DNA of 64,000 nt from Octopus vulgaris. Lineage: Eukaryota. Of the stretch, positions 1-13,159 are shown one piece after another. Both the position numbers and the translations under genes were made by a program. The stretch is from contig OX597823.1 in assembly GCA_951406725.2 (NCBI GenBank), positions 63,550,001 through 63,614,000 on the forward strand. Reading direction: 5' to 3'. The notes beneath the pieces are model-generated. The model ran no database searches, was not told the origin of the DNA, and saw only the letters and a program-made list of their open reading frames with translations. Every line of letters starts with the position of its first letter. Position 1 is the first letter of the stretch.

Positions 1-177
1 TTGGGGAGGGGGAACTAGAATTAAATACATTTACCAATGGAATAACTAAACATCCTCCTCTTTCTCTTTCCCTCCCTTTCCCTCTCTCTCAGTCTCTCTC
101 TCCCTCTTACTCACACACACACACACACGCACCAACACGTATTTGTTCTCACATACTTATACACACATGATATATAC

Positions 178-224
<47 letters not shown>

Positions 225-647
225 CCTAAATATATATGCTTATACATTATTCTAAGCATATAGACAGAATACCCATTCTCCTCTCTTACCCTCTTCTCTC
301 TCTATCTTAACCTGCCTCTCTCTCTCCCTCTCTCTCCCCTCCACTTCTCGTCTTCTCTTTCTCTCTCTCTCTCCCTGACAATTCCTGCCAATGTCCCAAT
401 TCCAGCAAATAAAGGAAATGTTAAAAGTTATAAAATCTTTCAACAGCAACAGACGACCACATTCCATTAGTAGGAGGTGGATTCACGGTAGAGGTGGTTG
501 GCATGGTGGGCATGGTGGGCATGGTGGACATGGTGGCATTAGCGATGGTGGTCTATTTCCGAATTTCCAGTCACCAGGTTGTTAGCAGACGATGGATAGT
601 AGGAAGAGGAAGAAGGGAGAAGAGGAAGAGGAGGGGGATGATGACGA

Positions 648-840
648 TGAATAATAATAATAATAATAATAATAATTATAATAATAATAATAATAGTAAA
701 AAGAAGAAGAAGAAGAAGAAGAAGAAGAAGAAGAAGAAGAAGAAGGAGGAGGAGGAGGAGGAGGAAGAGAAGAAGAAGAAGAAGAAGAAGAAGAAGAAGA
801 AGAAGAAGAAGAAGAAGAAGAAGAAGAAGAAGAAGAAGAT
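648..840. repeat. Compound microsatellite (AAT)n-(GAA)n-(GGA)n
   Basis: Directly visible trinucleotide runs; they explain the poly-N/K/E/S ORFs at 494-848. Confidence 0.95.
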
Positions 841-949
841 CTAAACAAAAAATTATTAGCGATATTAATTAATTCTAAGATAGGACTGTGAGAAAAAGAT
901 AAAGTTGATTTAATATGAACCTACCATTTGATTAGTACCTAGTTATTGT

Positions 950-2700
950 ATTGCTTACAAATTTTGGCTCAAGGCCGGGATTTGAACCCAGAAAAAAGAC
1001 TGATGACATACCACTAAGAATTTTGCCCGACGTGCTAACGATTCTGCCGGGTCGCCGCCTTGATGTCGACCCCCAGCAGCATTTGAACTCAGAAAGTAAA
1101 ATCGGAAGAAATACTGCCAAGCATCTTTCCCGCCACAGTAACGATTCAGCCAGCTCTCCGCTCTACACTCTGATAATAGCAACTGTTTATCCGCACAAGG
1201 CCTGAAATTTTAGGCGGGATGGGGTCTAGAGTACCGTCGAGTTAACCGATACCTCAGTATATGAATGATACTTTCTTTTCTTATTTTATAGAATCCGAAA
1301 TGATTGAAAGGCAAAGTTGACTATAAAGGGATTTGCCCTCAAAATGTAAAGAACTAAATACCACAAGATGTTTCGTTCAACACTCTAATATTTCTTTCTA
1401 AAATTCTTAAATATGAGGGGGAGGGATAGTCGATATTATCAATTTTATACTTTTATTTCATCGATCCCGTAAAATAGAAAGACGAAGTTGGCCTCGGTAA
1501 GATTTGAACTGAGAACGTAACGTGCCGGAACAAGAACAATAAATAATGGTTTCAAATTTTGCCACAAGGGCAGCAATTTTTGGGACGAGGATGAATCGAT
1601 TACATCGGCCCTAGTGTTCAACTGGTACTGAGGTATTACAACCATGTCTCGTGGTCTGCTACCACAACAGCTCCTTTATAGGATCCAGTTAGCTCAAGAC
1701 ATCATCAGGAGGAACCACGTCCGATTTCAGCCCCTACTCCCCTACCGTTTTGACGTGGCGGGGCCCCCACTTTCGGAGGTGTCTTCAGCTCTGGTGTTGG
1801 GTGCATGTCTTCTTTCTTCTGTTCCCTGGCCTCTTCGATGTATTGTCAGCGAGTGTCAGCAGATGACTGACTGTCTTGTCAAAATTTTCCCTTTAAATAC
1901 TTGCCGCATAGGCTCCAGCAGGCAGCCCCAGCAAGTTGTCACGTGACACTGTCTCACCTTAACTGACTAGTGAAGGCGATCTCCAAAGGATAAAAGGCAA
2001 AGCCGACCTCGGCGGAATTTGAACTCAGAACGTAAGCGCGACGAAAGCATGTCACCCGGTATGCTAACAATTCTGCCAGCTCGCCACCTTACGGTAAGAT
2101 TCTAGTAACTGTTTTAACATCCGCACAAGGCCTGAAATTTTAGGCGGGATGGAGTCCAGAATACAGTCGAGTTAATCGGTATCTCAGTACTTGAATGATA
2201 CTTTATTTTATCGATCCCGAAATGATTAAAAGGCGCAGTTGACTTTAGCTGGATTTGTCATCAAAATGTAAAAAGAAATACGGGAAACCATTTTTGTTTT
2301 CCGACACTCTAACGATTCAGCTAATCCATCGCCTTTAATATAGACAAAATACCAGCAATTTTTGAGAGGAGGAGATTAGTGGATAACATTAACCCAGTAC
2401 TTGACTAGTACTGTGTTTTATCGACCCTGAGAAGATGAAAGGTAAAGTTGACGGTGAAATATGAACTAAGAACGTAAAAATGGTCGAAAATACTACAAAG
2501 CATATTGTCCAACGCTCTAACAATTCTGCCAGCTCAACGCTTTAATAACAATCATGATAAAAATGGTTTCAAATTTTGGAGCAAGGTCAGGAATTTTAGA
2601 GGGCGGTGATCTGGGTATCGGTCTGTTACATCTAGCTCTTGTACTTGATTGGTTCATTATTTTATCGACCATCACTGTACAGATGAAAAGCACAGATGAC
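950..2700 (-). mobile_element. Cluster of degenerate tRNA-derived SINE family A fragments
   Basis: Repeated GGCAAAGTCGACCTCGGCGGAATTTGAACTCAGAACGTAA-like and GATTCTGCCAGCTCGCC-like pieces that match the intact copies at 26553 and 47236. Confidence 0.8.
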
Positions 2701-3058
2701 CATTCTTGTCCAAGGAAATAGAAACCTCTTCTATTGTTAATAATACAATATTTGTTTTTCTAAGAGAACACCTGTGGCTTCAATGCAAGACTAGCGATTG
2801 GAAAGTGAGATCATTTGACTTAAACAAAACTTAAACTTACATCAAAATTTCCTGATTTCGTGTGCAAAGCGAAGCTTGAAAGATTTCTTCACTTTCCTGT
2901 TCATTTTAAAGCTCAGGAATACATTTATATAGTTTTTAATGTAAACTTTCGCCTATTCACTTGTCCACCGTTGAGATCGAATTTTTCATTTAAGATATAC
3001 CTAAAGATTATTTGAAACGTCTGTCAGTGGATTCGCCTCTGCACACATTCGTGTAGAC

Positions 3059-3388
3059 CAGGGGTTCTCAACAACGTTTTTATCTATGGATCCCTGTGAT
3101 TATTTATTTATTCTGGTTGACTTCCATAGCAATTCACTATTTAAAACAAATTTTACAGAAACTTCTTTCATAATTTCTATTTTGTTATGCACTCATCCAC
3201 TTGTGTAGGTTGAACTATGTAAAATGTTAGAGAAAGCAACTTAGCTGTTTCTTGCAATACATACTAATAAATGCATCTAAAGCAAAACTTTTTCAGAGGC
3301 CCTTAAAATACTATTTTGTTACGTGGACCCACAAAAATCTTATATGGATCCTTAGGGGTCATATATGGACTCCAGTTGAGACCCACAG
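3059..3388. mobile_element. hAT-like MITE
   Basis: Imperfect terminal inverted repeats CAGGGGTTCTCAAC / GTTGAGACCCACAG around an AT-rich non-coding interior. Confidence 0.6.
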
Positions 3389-3464
3389 GTGAAGTTACAA
3401 AAGTTGCTATCCTGCATTTATAACAGATCACACAACGAAGTAGCATTCTCAGAAAATTCTCATA

Positions 3465-3629
3465 GGCGCAGGAGTGGCTGTGTGGTAAGTAGCTTGCTAA
3501 CCAACCACATGGTTCCGGGTTCAGTCCCACTGCGTGGCATCTTGGGCAAGTGTCTTCTGCTATAGCCCCGGGCCAACCAATGCCTTGTGAGTGGATTTGG
3601 TAGACGGAAACTGAAAGAAGCCTGTCGTA

Positions 3630-3688
<59 letters not shown>

Positions 3689-3904
3689 TTGTGTGTCTAT
3701 GTTTGTCCCCCTAGCATTGCTTGACAACCGATGCTGGTGTGTTTACGTCCCCGTCTCTTAGCGGTTCGGCAAAAGAGACCGATAGAATAAGTACTGGGCT
3801 TACAAAGAATAAGTCCCGGGGTCGATTTGTTCGACTAAAGGCGGTGCTCCAGCATGGCCGCAGTCAAAATGACTGAAACAAGTAAAAGAGAGTAAAAGAG
3901 TAAG
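3465..3904 (+). mobile_element. tRNA-derived SINE family B, full length, with internal microsatellite
   Basis: A-box-like TGGCTGTGTGG, B-box-like GGTTCAGTCCC, CORE-like CTTGGGCAAGTG segment, internal (TA)n(TG)n, 3' (GAGTAAAA)n tail; many copies in the window. Confidence 0.9.
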
Positions 3905-5394
3905 TATATCGTTGCCATACTCATTGCTCAGAAAAACCGGAAGCTACTACAATCATGTGATAAGCTTTTCGCTCCATTGTCTGGATAATAAAAGCTTACA
4001 ATTATTCGGTAAGTTTTCGTCGTTGATATTACAAACGATACTGTAATGTTTCGATGCTATATTTTCCTATTAAATATACTTTTTTTTTGTGTTGATGTCA
4101 CTTTGAACTGCCAAATCGTATTTTGAAATCATTTCACTTTGAAGCAACCTCAAATTGCCTCGGTAACTAAAAAAAACAAAAACAAAAACAAAAACAAAAA
4201 AAAACGATATAACACAAAAAAAAAAACCATCAAAAAAAATTTAATAGCTTACATTTTTTCATGTGTATTTTATTTGTCTTTTCACTTCAGTATAGGTTTT
4301 TGGGTGCTTTGAAAAAATTTGTACATTTTAAATATGTTCGTTGAAACCGACATTAAGTCGGAAAAATCGACAAAAGTTGGAGCTTATTTTTTTCTACAAA
4401 TTTCTTGAAAAAGAAAAAAAAAAAAACTTCGAAAAGGTCGCAACTTGATACGAGGTAAGCCGAGGTATGGTTGCAGTTACGCAAGGACTAACGAAATTGG
4501 CTATTATAAAAAGACTAACAGTGGGTGTGTTGCATCGAGGGAGACGAAATGCGAATACATTTAAAATGCAGCATTATATAAAACTAGACGTAAAACGATA
4601 AATGAATTAACTACTAAATTTTTTTCCATGCAAATTGATATCAAATACTACAGCACCAATTCCAGACGTAAGCGACCAGTAGTCCCAGCAGTGAGTCGCT
4701 CGTTCTTTTTCTCTCATAAATTGGTGCTTGTAATATCATTTTACACTTACATATCATTTTGTACAGACGTAAAATTAGTTTGGCAAGTGACTTAAACTGG
4801 TTATTGTGTATAGATAAGCTAAAACGTTTACACCGTGGCACCGCCATGGTAACCATTTAAAATACACGAATACCATTATAATCGCGTTTTATTTTGTAAT
4901 GATATTATATACAATTACTTCTAACATTGGTAAAAGGAGTGCTGTCTTAAGGTATAAGCAAACAGGTATGGAGCCTCATGAATCAGGTGGCCTAATTTTG
5001 ATCCATGCATGCTGTCAATAAATAAATACTAAGGGACCCAGTGCATTGATCTGACCTGATTTTGATTTATGTATAATATCCCTAGCTATCAAATATCAAA
5101 GGGTACTAGCAGAGATACCCGGCGTTGCCCGGTTACATTCAATTGAAGAATTAGACTTTTCTGTTATATTTTCAGAATGAACTGGAATATCTGTTTATGT
5201 TGATAAGCCTAGTACTTATTCTATTAGTTTGTTCTTGTGAAACCAGTAAGTTTTGTGGATGTAAATAAATGAACAGCAGTTGTGAAGCAGTGATGAGGGC
5301 GAAACACAGACACAAAGACACACACATACACTTACATATATACATATATATACGATTGATTTGTTTCAGTTCCTGTCTACGAAATCCATATATA

Positions 5395-6520
5395 TTGTTG
5401 GCATCCTTTTTGTCTCGGGAGACAAAGGAGTTGCGCATAAAATAATCTAGTCCGGCTTTTACATTTCATGTCCTAATACATCTCCTACTGTGACTGTGTA
5501 GTCCTATCCTGGACAAACACTCCCTCTGGCAGGTGCCGCAAATGTAGCGAAGACTTTGCTTGGCTGGTTGTAATGTCATACTTTCTTGTTAACGTCTTTT
5601 CTTGTCTTTCCATTTTTCCTCTCCCTCTATGTCACTCCTTTGTGTTCCCTCTTTTACGGTACGTCGCCAATCTCTACGGTTGCTGGCAACTGCTTCCCAG
5701 TTGGTAATATTGATGTTGCAGGCATTCATGTCCCTTTTGCAAACATCCTTGTATCGTAAGAACGGTCTTCCCACAGACCTAGTGCCCCTAGCAAGCTCTC
5801 CGTTGAGTATGTCCTTAGGGATTCTGCCATCTTCCATACGGCTAAAATGTCGAAGCCATCTCATACGTCTTTGTGTGAGGAGTGTAAACATGCTTGGTAT
5901 ACCTGCTTGCTTGAGGACTTCTTTGTTGGGGACATGATTCTGCCATTTGATGCGAAGGATTTTCCGCAGGTGAAAGATATTTAGGCGACGTATGGCGTCG
6001 TATAGCGTGTGTATGGTGTCCAAGTCTCACTTCCATACAGTAGAGTGCTAAGTACACATGTCTGGTAAATCTTCATTTTTGTGGTCTTGGTCAGCTTATT
6101 GTTGTCCCATGCCCGTTTGGAGAGTTGGGCCATCACAGCAGCTGCCTTGCTAATGCATATATTGAGCTCAGTATCAAGGGATTGGTTGTAGGTGACGGCA
6201 GAGCCAAGATAGGTAAACTTCTCCACCTCCTGTAGTCTGTGGTCTCCAATATGTATGTTTGGGATGGTCGATGTAGCCTGACCCATGATGTTGATCTTCT
6301 TGAGGCTGATAAATAAGCCAAAGTTGCCACATGCTTGCTCAAAACAGTTGATGAGCCTTTGTAGGGCTTCTTCTATGTGTGATACCAGAGCCGCATCATC
6401 AGCAAATAGTATCTCCTTGATCAAGACGCTTCTGATTTTGGTCTTGGCATGCAGACGCGAGAGATTGAACAGTTTCCCATCACTTCTACTGTGCAGAAAC
6501 ACTCCATCATCTGATGTCAA
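5395..6520 (-). mobile_element. 5'-truncated RTE-clade LINE (RT C-terminal half, frameshifted)
   Basis: ORFs 5981-6520 (DGKLFNLSRL, LFADDAAL, FTYLGS, LLYGSETW) and 5589-6023 (RMEDGRIPKDILNGEL). Past an in-frame stop it reads YICGTCQRECLSRIGLHSHSRRC. The 3' end has a TTTGTCTCCCGAGACAAA stem-loop. Confidence 0.92.
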
Positions 6521-6920
6521 ATTCTGTCCTCAATAATTATAGATCTCTATTTCTAAATGTAATTCTTTTTCTTCTCGTTCAGTTTATAACTATAACACGC
6601 ATTCTTGTCTGTCTCTTGAAAAAGCTTTTTTTCTCCAGCGTTCACCACTTCACCTCGTTAGGGTTAAACACCCCTTATCGAACGTTTTCACTGTCCCGTT
6701 TTTGTTAGCAGATTTGATGTTCTACGTATCTCAAATTTTATTTAATTTGCTTTGGGGGAGCAATTGCTTTGACGAAGACGCATCTTGTTGCACTGCTCGC
6801 AATGCGGAGTAGGTAAATCTGCCAACAATTGAGGAAGGGGTATTTTTTATGCTGCCTTCGCGCTATAGTACTCAATCTATAATGGAAATTAACCCAACCC
6901 AACCCAACCGTGATAACAAC

Positions 6921-7058
6921 GCCATAGCGTCGACTGTGGCCGTGTGGCTGTGTACAGTCGCCTCAATGTCGCCCAGAGCGAGCTCTGGTCGCCATAGCGT
7001 CGACTGTGGGCAAGTGGCTGTGTACAGTCGCCTCAATGTCGCCCAGAGCGAGCTCTGG
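6921..7058. repeat. Two-copy 70-bp GC-rich tandem repeat
   Basis: GCCATAGCGTCGACTGTGG...CCAGAGCGAGCTCTGG at 6921 and again at 6991. Confidence 0.9.
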
Positions 7059-7653
7059 CTGGTATGATGCTATAGCAGAAGACACATGCCAAGTTACCAC
7101 ACAGCCACACCTGCACCTGTGTGTGTGTGTGGGGGGGGTGTATCGGTATGTGTGTATGGGTGTATATATGTATGCATATATATAATACAAAGTTATATCT
7201 TGATATCGCCAGTGATAACAATACTCAAAATATATAACAGACTGGAATTGTAGGCCCGTCTCTTGCAATTTCGATCAATTGGATCTTGTCCTCCCTCTTG
7301 TATAGAAGTGTACGCCTGCAGCGAAATTCATTTTTGGACTTTCTTCTATCGAAGGCTTTTTAACAAAAATGCTTACGTAAAGATGGTGAAAATATTGTCA
7401 ATGTCCTCAAACAGGGACGCACTTCAATTTTTAAACAATGACCAAAGCCCCTTCTCCGAAAGGGGGAGGGTTACGGTTTACAATTATTTAACAAATGCAA
7501 CACAACAACGTTTCCCTGACGAGGAACCAACAAATGTGATTACAATAGTCAAACAGTAATAATAATAACAACAAACCTTTTTAATTTATCCCCATTTATG
7601 TGAAACCATTTATTCAAGTTCAAGTCATTGATGCAATTTTATACGAATTGCTA

Positions 7654-7692
<39 letters not shown>

Positions 7693-9161
7693 ATAAGGGT
7701 GAAAAATTGAATATTAATTTGATTAATATGAATTGAAAACCAGTGGTGTAGCATATAAGACCATAGCTGATCTTCTTCTAGCAAAATGGATGACCACTGT
7801 TAATGGTTCATCCCTGTTATATAGTACTTTCACTTTAATAGTTTCAGTATTAAAGTGAATGTCTACATTACAATAGAGAGATGTTTTGTTTCATTTTTAA
7901 CACGTAATACTGAAATAGTGGAGAAGATATGCTATTGCTGTGGCTCGCCCTAGGGAAAAAGTTAATTTTTTTTGCCGACGACACTTCCCCGACTTTAAGT
8001 AAGTCATGTGTAAAATTTGAATGAAATTGGTTGTGTAGTTCTCAAGTTTTAGGGAAACACACAGACAGACATTCTCAGTTTTATATATAGAGAGATAATG
8101 CATTGATTTGATCGGGCGCCTATAATGTTGCTAAGACGGTGACGGCCCTAGGTAAAAGGCTAGATATTTGGGACGGGAAGTGTTATTTGACTAAATCGCA
8201 CCCTTTCCCAGTACTTGACTGTTACTGTATTTATATAAAATCAACCAAAAGTAAAGTTGACCTCAGAACGTAAATTGCCAAGACAAACACTGTTAGGAAT
8301 GTTAACGGAGTTTCTAACGATTCTGCCAAACCACTGCCTTCGTATTATAAACTTTCGCTGCATATCCACGACCAAGTGACTATTAATTCTTTCTGATTTT
8401 GGCACAAGGCCAGCAGTTTTAGGGGATTGGATAAGTCGATTACATTGATTCCAGTACTCGACTGGTACTTTATTTTATCGACCCCGAAAGGATGAAAAGC
8501 AAAGCTGATCTCAGCTGGGTTTAAACTATGATTACAAACAGCCGGACGAAATGCTGCTCTGTCGGTTTCCCCAGTTCACTGCCCGACTAATAATCATTTC
8601 TACTATAAGCACGAGGCCTGAAATGTTGAGAGACGAAGCAAGTCGATTACATCGATCTCAGTGCTTAACTGGCACTTATTTTCTCGATCCCAAAAGGATA
8701 AAAAGCAAAGTCCGACCTCAGCGGAATACGAACACAGAACATAATGACGGACAAAATGCCATTAATTATTGTGTTCAGTATACTAAAGATTCTACCAATG
8801 TCACACTTTAATTTCGCCTAACAAATAATGGTTTCGAATTTTAGCACAGGATCAGCAGTTTTGTTGTTGTTGTTGTTTTTCTTTTGAGGGGAGGGATAAC
8901 TTTGACTGGTACTTATTTTATCTACCTCTGGCCGGAATTTGAACTCTGAACGTGTTGTCTCAGGAAATGCTGCTAAGCATTTTGTACGGGGTACTAACAA
9001 TTCTGCCAGCTTGTCGCCCTACAAATAATTCTACTTCTCTATTTGCAAATCAACCGCTAGACCAGCTCTCTTATAAACCAATTCATATAAATCCTGAAGA
9101 ATATTTGTTGGTTTTTTACTTTTTTTAAAAATTTAGTTATAATTTTTTTTTTATTTATATA

Positions 9162-9324
9162 GGCGTAGGAGTGGCTGTGTGGTAATTAGCTTGCTTACCA
9201 ACCACATGGTTCTGGGTTCAGTCCCACTGCGTAGAACCTTGGGCAAGTGTCTTCTACTATAGCCTCGGGCCGACCAAAGTCTTGTGTGTGGATTTGGTAG
9301 ACGGAAACTGAAAGAAGCCCGTTG

Positions 9325-9382
<58 letters not shown>

Positions 9383-9600
9383 TGTGTCTGTGTTTGTCCC
9401 CCTTCAACATTGCTCGACAACCGACGCTGGTGTGTTTACGTCTCCGTAACTTAGCGGTTCGGCAAAAGAGACCGATGGAATAAGTACTAGGCTTACAAAG
9501 AATAAGTCCTGGGGTCGATTTGCTCGACTAAAAGGCGGTGCTCCAGCATGGCCGCAGTCAAATGACTGGAACTATTGAAAGAGTAATGAGTAAAAAGAGT
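9162..9600 (+). mobile_element. SINE family B, full length
   Basis: Colinear with 3465-3904. Confidence 0.9.
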
Positions 9601-10061
9601 ATACATAAAATTATACTCAATAATAAATTATCAAAATACCAAAAGGGAGTAGCCACATAGAACTGCTTTGTCATTTCAAACAATATCTGAACTCTAAATT
9701 CACACAGAATCCGGAAGCAATATAAAAAATTCCAGATGGTCAGTTTGACGCGGATACATATGGAGAAAGAGCAAAAGAAATATTAAAGGCGAGTAAAAGA
9801 ATGAAAGTCATAGAGTTATAAAGCCTTCAGTATAGATGTTATCAGTACTGGAGGACTAAAACCAGGAGACCAGCAAATAGTTTTAAAATATTACACATTA
9901 TTATGTGTAATATGTTAACTATTTGCTTGCCTTCTGTTTTTAGTACTTCAACAGCAATAACATCTTTACTGGAGGCATAGTATGGAAAACAAAAGAGACA
10001 TGAAAAATCTGCGCTGGTAACACCAGTCAACACACACACACACATGCACACACTTGTGAAC

Positions 10062-10142
<81 letters not shown>

Positions 10143-10190
10143 TGTATATATATATGTATGTATATATCTGTGAGTGTGCGTGTATATATA

Positions 10191-10610
10191 CTCTTTTACT
10201 TGTTTCAGTCATTTGACTGTGGCCATACTGGAGCACCGCCTTTTAGTCGAGCAAATCGACCCCAGGACTTATTCTTTGTAAGCCTAGTACTTATTTTATC
10301 GGTCTCTTTTGCCGAACCGCTAAGTTACGGGGACGTAAACACACCAGCATCGGTTGCCAACCGATGTTGGAGGGACAAACACAGACACACAAACATACAT
10401 ACGTACATACATATATATATACATATATATATATATATACATATATACGACGGGCTTCTTTCAGTTTCCGTCTACCAAATCCATTCACAAGGCTTTGGTC
10501 AGCCCGAGGTTATAGTAGAAGACACATACCTAAGGTGCCACGCAGTGGGATTGAACCCAGAACCATGTGGTTGGTAAGCAAGCAACTTACCACACAGTCA
10601 CTCCTACGCC
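10191..10610 (-). mobile_element. SINE family B, full length, inverted relative to the 9162 copy
   Basis: Reverse complement matches 9162-9600. Confidence 0.9.
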
Positions 10611-10636
10611 TATTTATATATATATTTGCAGAGAGA

Positions 10637-10683
<47 letters not shown>

Positions 10684-11917
10684 ACCAAACCATTGAAAAC
10701 AACTGGTAATGTTTACATGGACACTAGGAAAATACGTCTCGTGTATCACATGTAATACACAGGACGGGCAAAGGATTAAAAACTCCCAAACTCCGAGTGA
10801 TGGTAGTGGTGACAGATGCTGGTTAACTGGATTGCATGCGAGGCCTAGAGCATCAAAAGAAAAAGTAAAAACACAAAGCGACGTCAACTCACGCCGCTAC
10901 ATCTGTGATCCATTGTTAACAGAAATACATGCATCGTTGGAAAACAGCTCCAGTTTAACTATCTTCCTTCGCAGTTGAGATTTTCCATAACAATACTTCT
11001 CTCTAGTTAGATTAGAAAAAATGTTACAAATATGCTGTTGGAGAACAGTGTAATTTACTTCGAATGCCAGGTAATTAATTTATATCAAATGTCGATAATT
11101 AACTAATGCTCAATTTCTGTAATTATGCTTAATTTGGTAGAAAAATACGTCGAGGTTTTCTTGATATATTTGGCTGTTAAAATCTTGAATTAATAATGAT
11201 TTCAAAATTAGGCACAACTTCCTACATAAGCTCGACAATTGTATTTGACGAGAAGCTTTTCGAGTCAGCACGGGAGCCTCTACGCAGTGGTTTGATCTGC
11301 TAGAAATTATAGTGGAACCTCCTTCAGCTCACAACTTACCATCTTAAGGAAAGAGACACGTCGGATAATATTTCCCCGGATTCATTACACGTGGGTAAAA
11401 GATAGGATGGCCATGGTTAGAATGCCTTTAATTGTAGGTCTGTTGGATAAATGTTTACCTGAGACTAAACGACAACAACTCTTACATTATTTTATCGTGT
11501 CTAAAAGAACGAACGACTAAGTCATCTCCGACGCGACTTGAAATCTGAACGTCAACATGGGTACCTTAAATACACCCGGGTATCCGTACTTCTACCGATT
11601 CTCTCGCCCACCGCTACCTATAGTAAACATTGAAAATCCTTTACATTGACACAAAGTCATGGTCACCAGACATTTTCCGCAGAGACTAGGGATAAAGACA
11701 ATTAAATCGACCCCCTCCTCGTAATTAACTGGTAGCTATTTTACTGAAAGAATAAAAAGGGTATGAATAGAAAGAGAAAGAAGTCAGCCACATCGAGATT
11801 CGATCTAAGAACACGAAGATCTTTAACTACATACAGCTAAGAACAAATCAGGCAGGCTGGTGGCAACCAATTTATACGTATGTGTCTGTCTGTGCACGCG
11901 CGCGTATGCATACATAC

Positions 11918-11975
<58 letters not shown>

Positions 11976-12110
11976 ACACACATGCATACATGCATATATG
12001 CACACACACCTACAAACTCACGCACTCACATATACATACACACATTAAATACATACGTGTGTACATGTTTATACATATGTGTGTATATATATGTGCGTGT
12101 GTGTGTGTGT

Positions 12111-12485
12111 GTTTCTTTATTAACCACAAAGGGCTGAACACAGAGAGGACAAATTACAAAGTAGAGCTTTTCTTTTGGGGGAGTAAGAAAAGAGGTGGGG
12201 GGTAGGTTTTTGATCAAAAGGGATCGTAAAAAAATAACGATCAATAGGGATCGTGTATCACAGAAATGTCATGATGTAAAGGGAGAAACAGATAAGGTTT
12301 ATCCGTGGAAAGAAAAGCCTACGGAAAAGACCACGGTAACCTCGGTCAATAATAGCACATGTTAACACATTTATTTGCAAGTAACTCTTTTTAAAAAAAT
12401 TTCCGGGTTCATAGGATAATGTTCAAGGTGACTTCGTCATTCATACGTGCCATCCTTGCTACATTCACCCATCTTTTTTTGAAAC
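12111..12485 (-). mobile_element. 3' end of an L1/Tx1-like LINE (ORF2 C-terminus and 3' UTR)
   Basis: Minus strand reads KRWVNVARMARMNDEVTLNIIL* (stop at 12409), then a UTR ending TGTCCTCTCTGTGTTCAGCCCTTTGTGGTTAATAAAGAAA. The clade call is from recalled resemblance. Confidence 0.55.
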
Positions 12486-12500
12486 AATATATATATAGTT

Positions 12501-12734
12501 AAGTGATAAACTATAGATTCTCAATAGAATTCAAAGCCAGCACTGTAACGTTGCGACGTTTCGTATACGACGAATACGACTAGGTAAACAATGCGATCAA
12601 AGATACAACCTATTTTCTTTCTTCTGTCTTCTGTCTTTTGTTAGCATTGTTTACAGAGATGTATTCGTAAACGAAAACGTCGTAACTTATACTACTGGCT
12701 TTGAATTTTATAGAAAATCTATAGTTTATCACTT
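12501..12734. mobile_element. Foldback/MITE-like long inverted repeat
   Basis: AAGTGATAAACTATAGATT...GACGTTTCG...GTAAACAATGC pairs with GCATTGTTTAC...CGAAAACGTC...AATCTATAGTTTATCACTT. Confidence 0.85.
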
Positions 12735-12880
12735 GAAAACGAGAATATCAATCTCGCTGCTAACACAAAAATGCAAGAGAGGCAATATTGAATTTCAGGC
12801 TCTTTGTCAAATGTTATGGTTGCAAAAACTGTGTCCTTGACAGTAATCAATATAAATATGTGTGTGAGTGTTTGTGCGTA

Positions 12881-13159
<279 letters not shown>

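Larger units (their letters stand above)
5106..8095 (-). mobile_element. Putative non-autonomous Helitron carrying nested insertions
   Basis: On the minus strand: 5' A|TCTCTCTATATATAAAACTGAGAATGTCTGTC at 8095 and 3' CCGGGCAACGCCGGG hairpin followed by CTAG|T at 5106. That the two ends belong to one element is inference. Confidence 0.55.
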
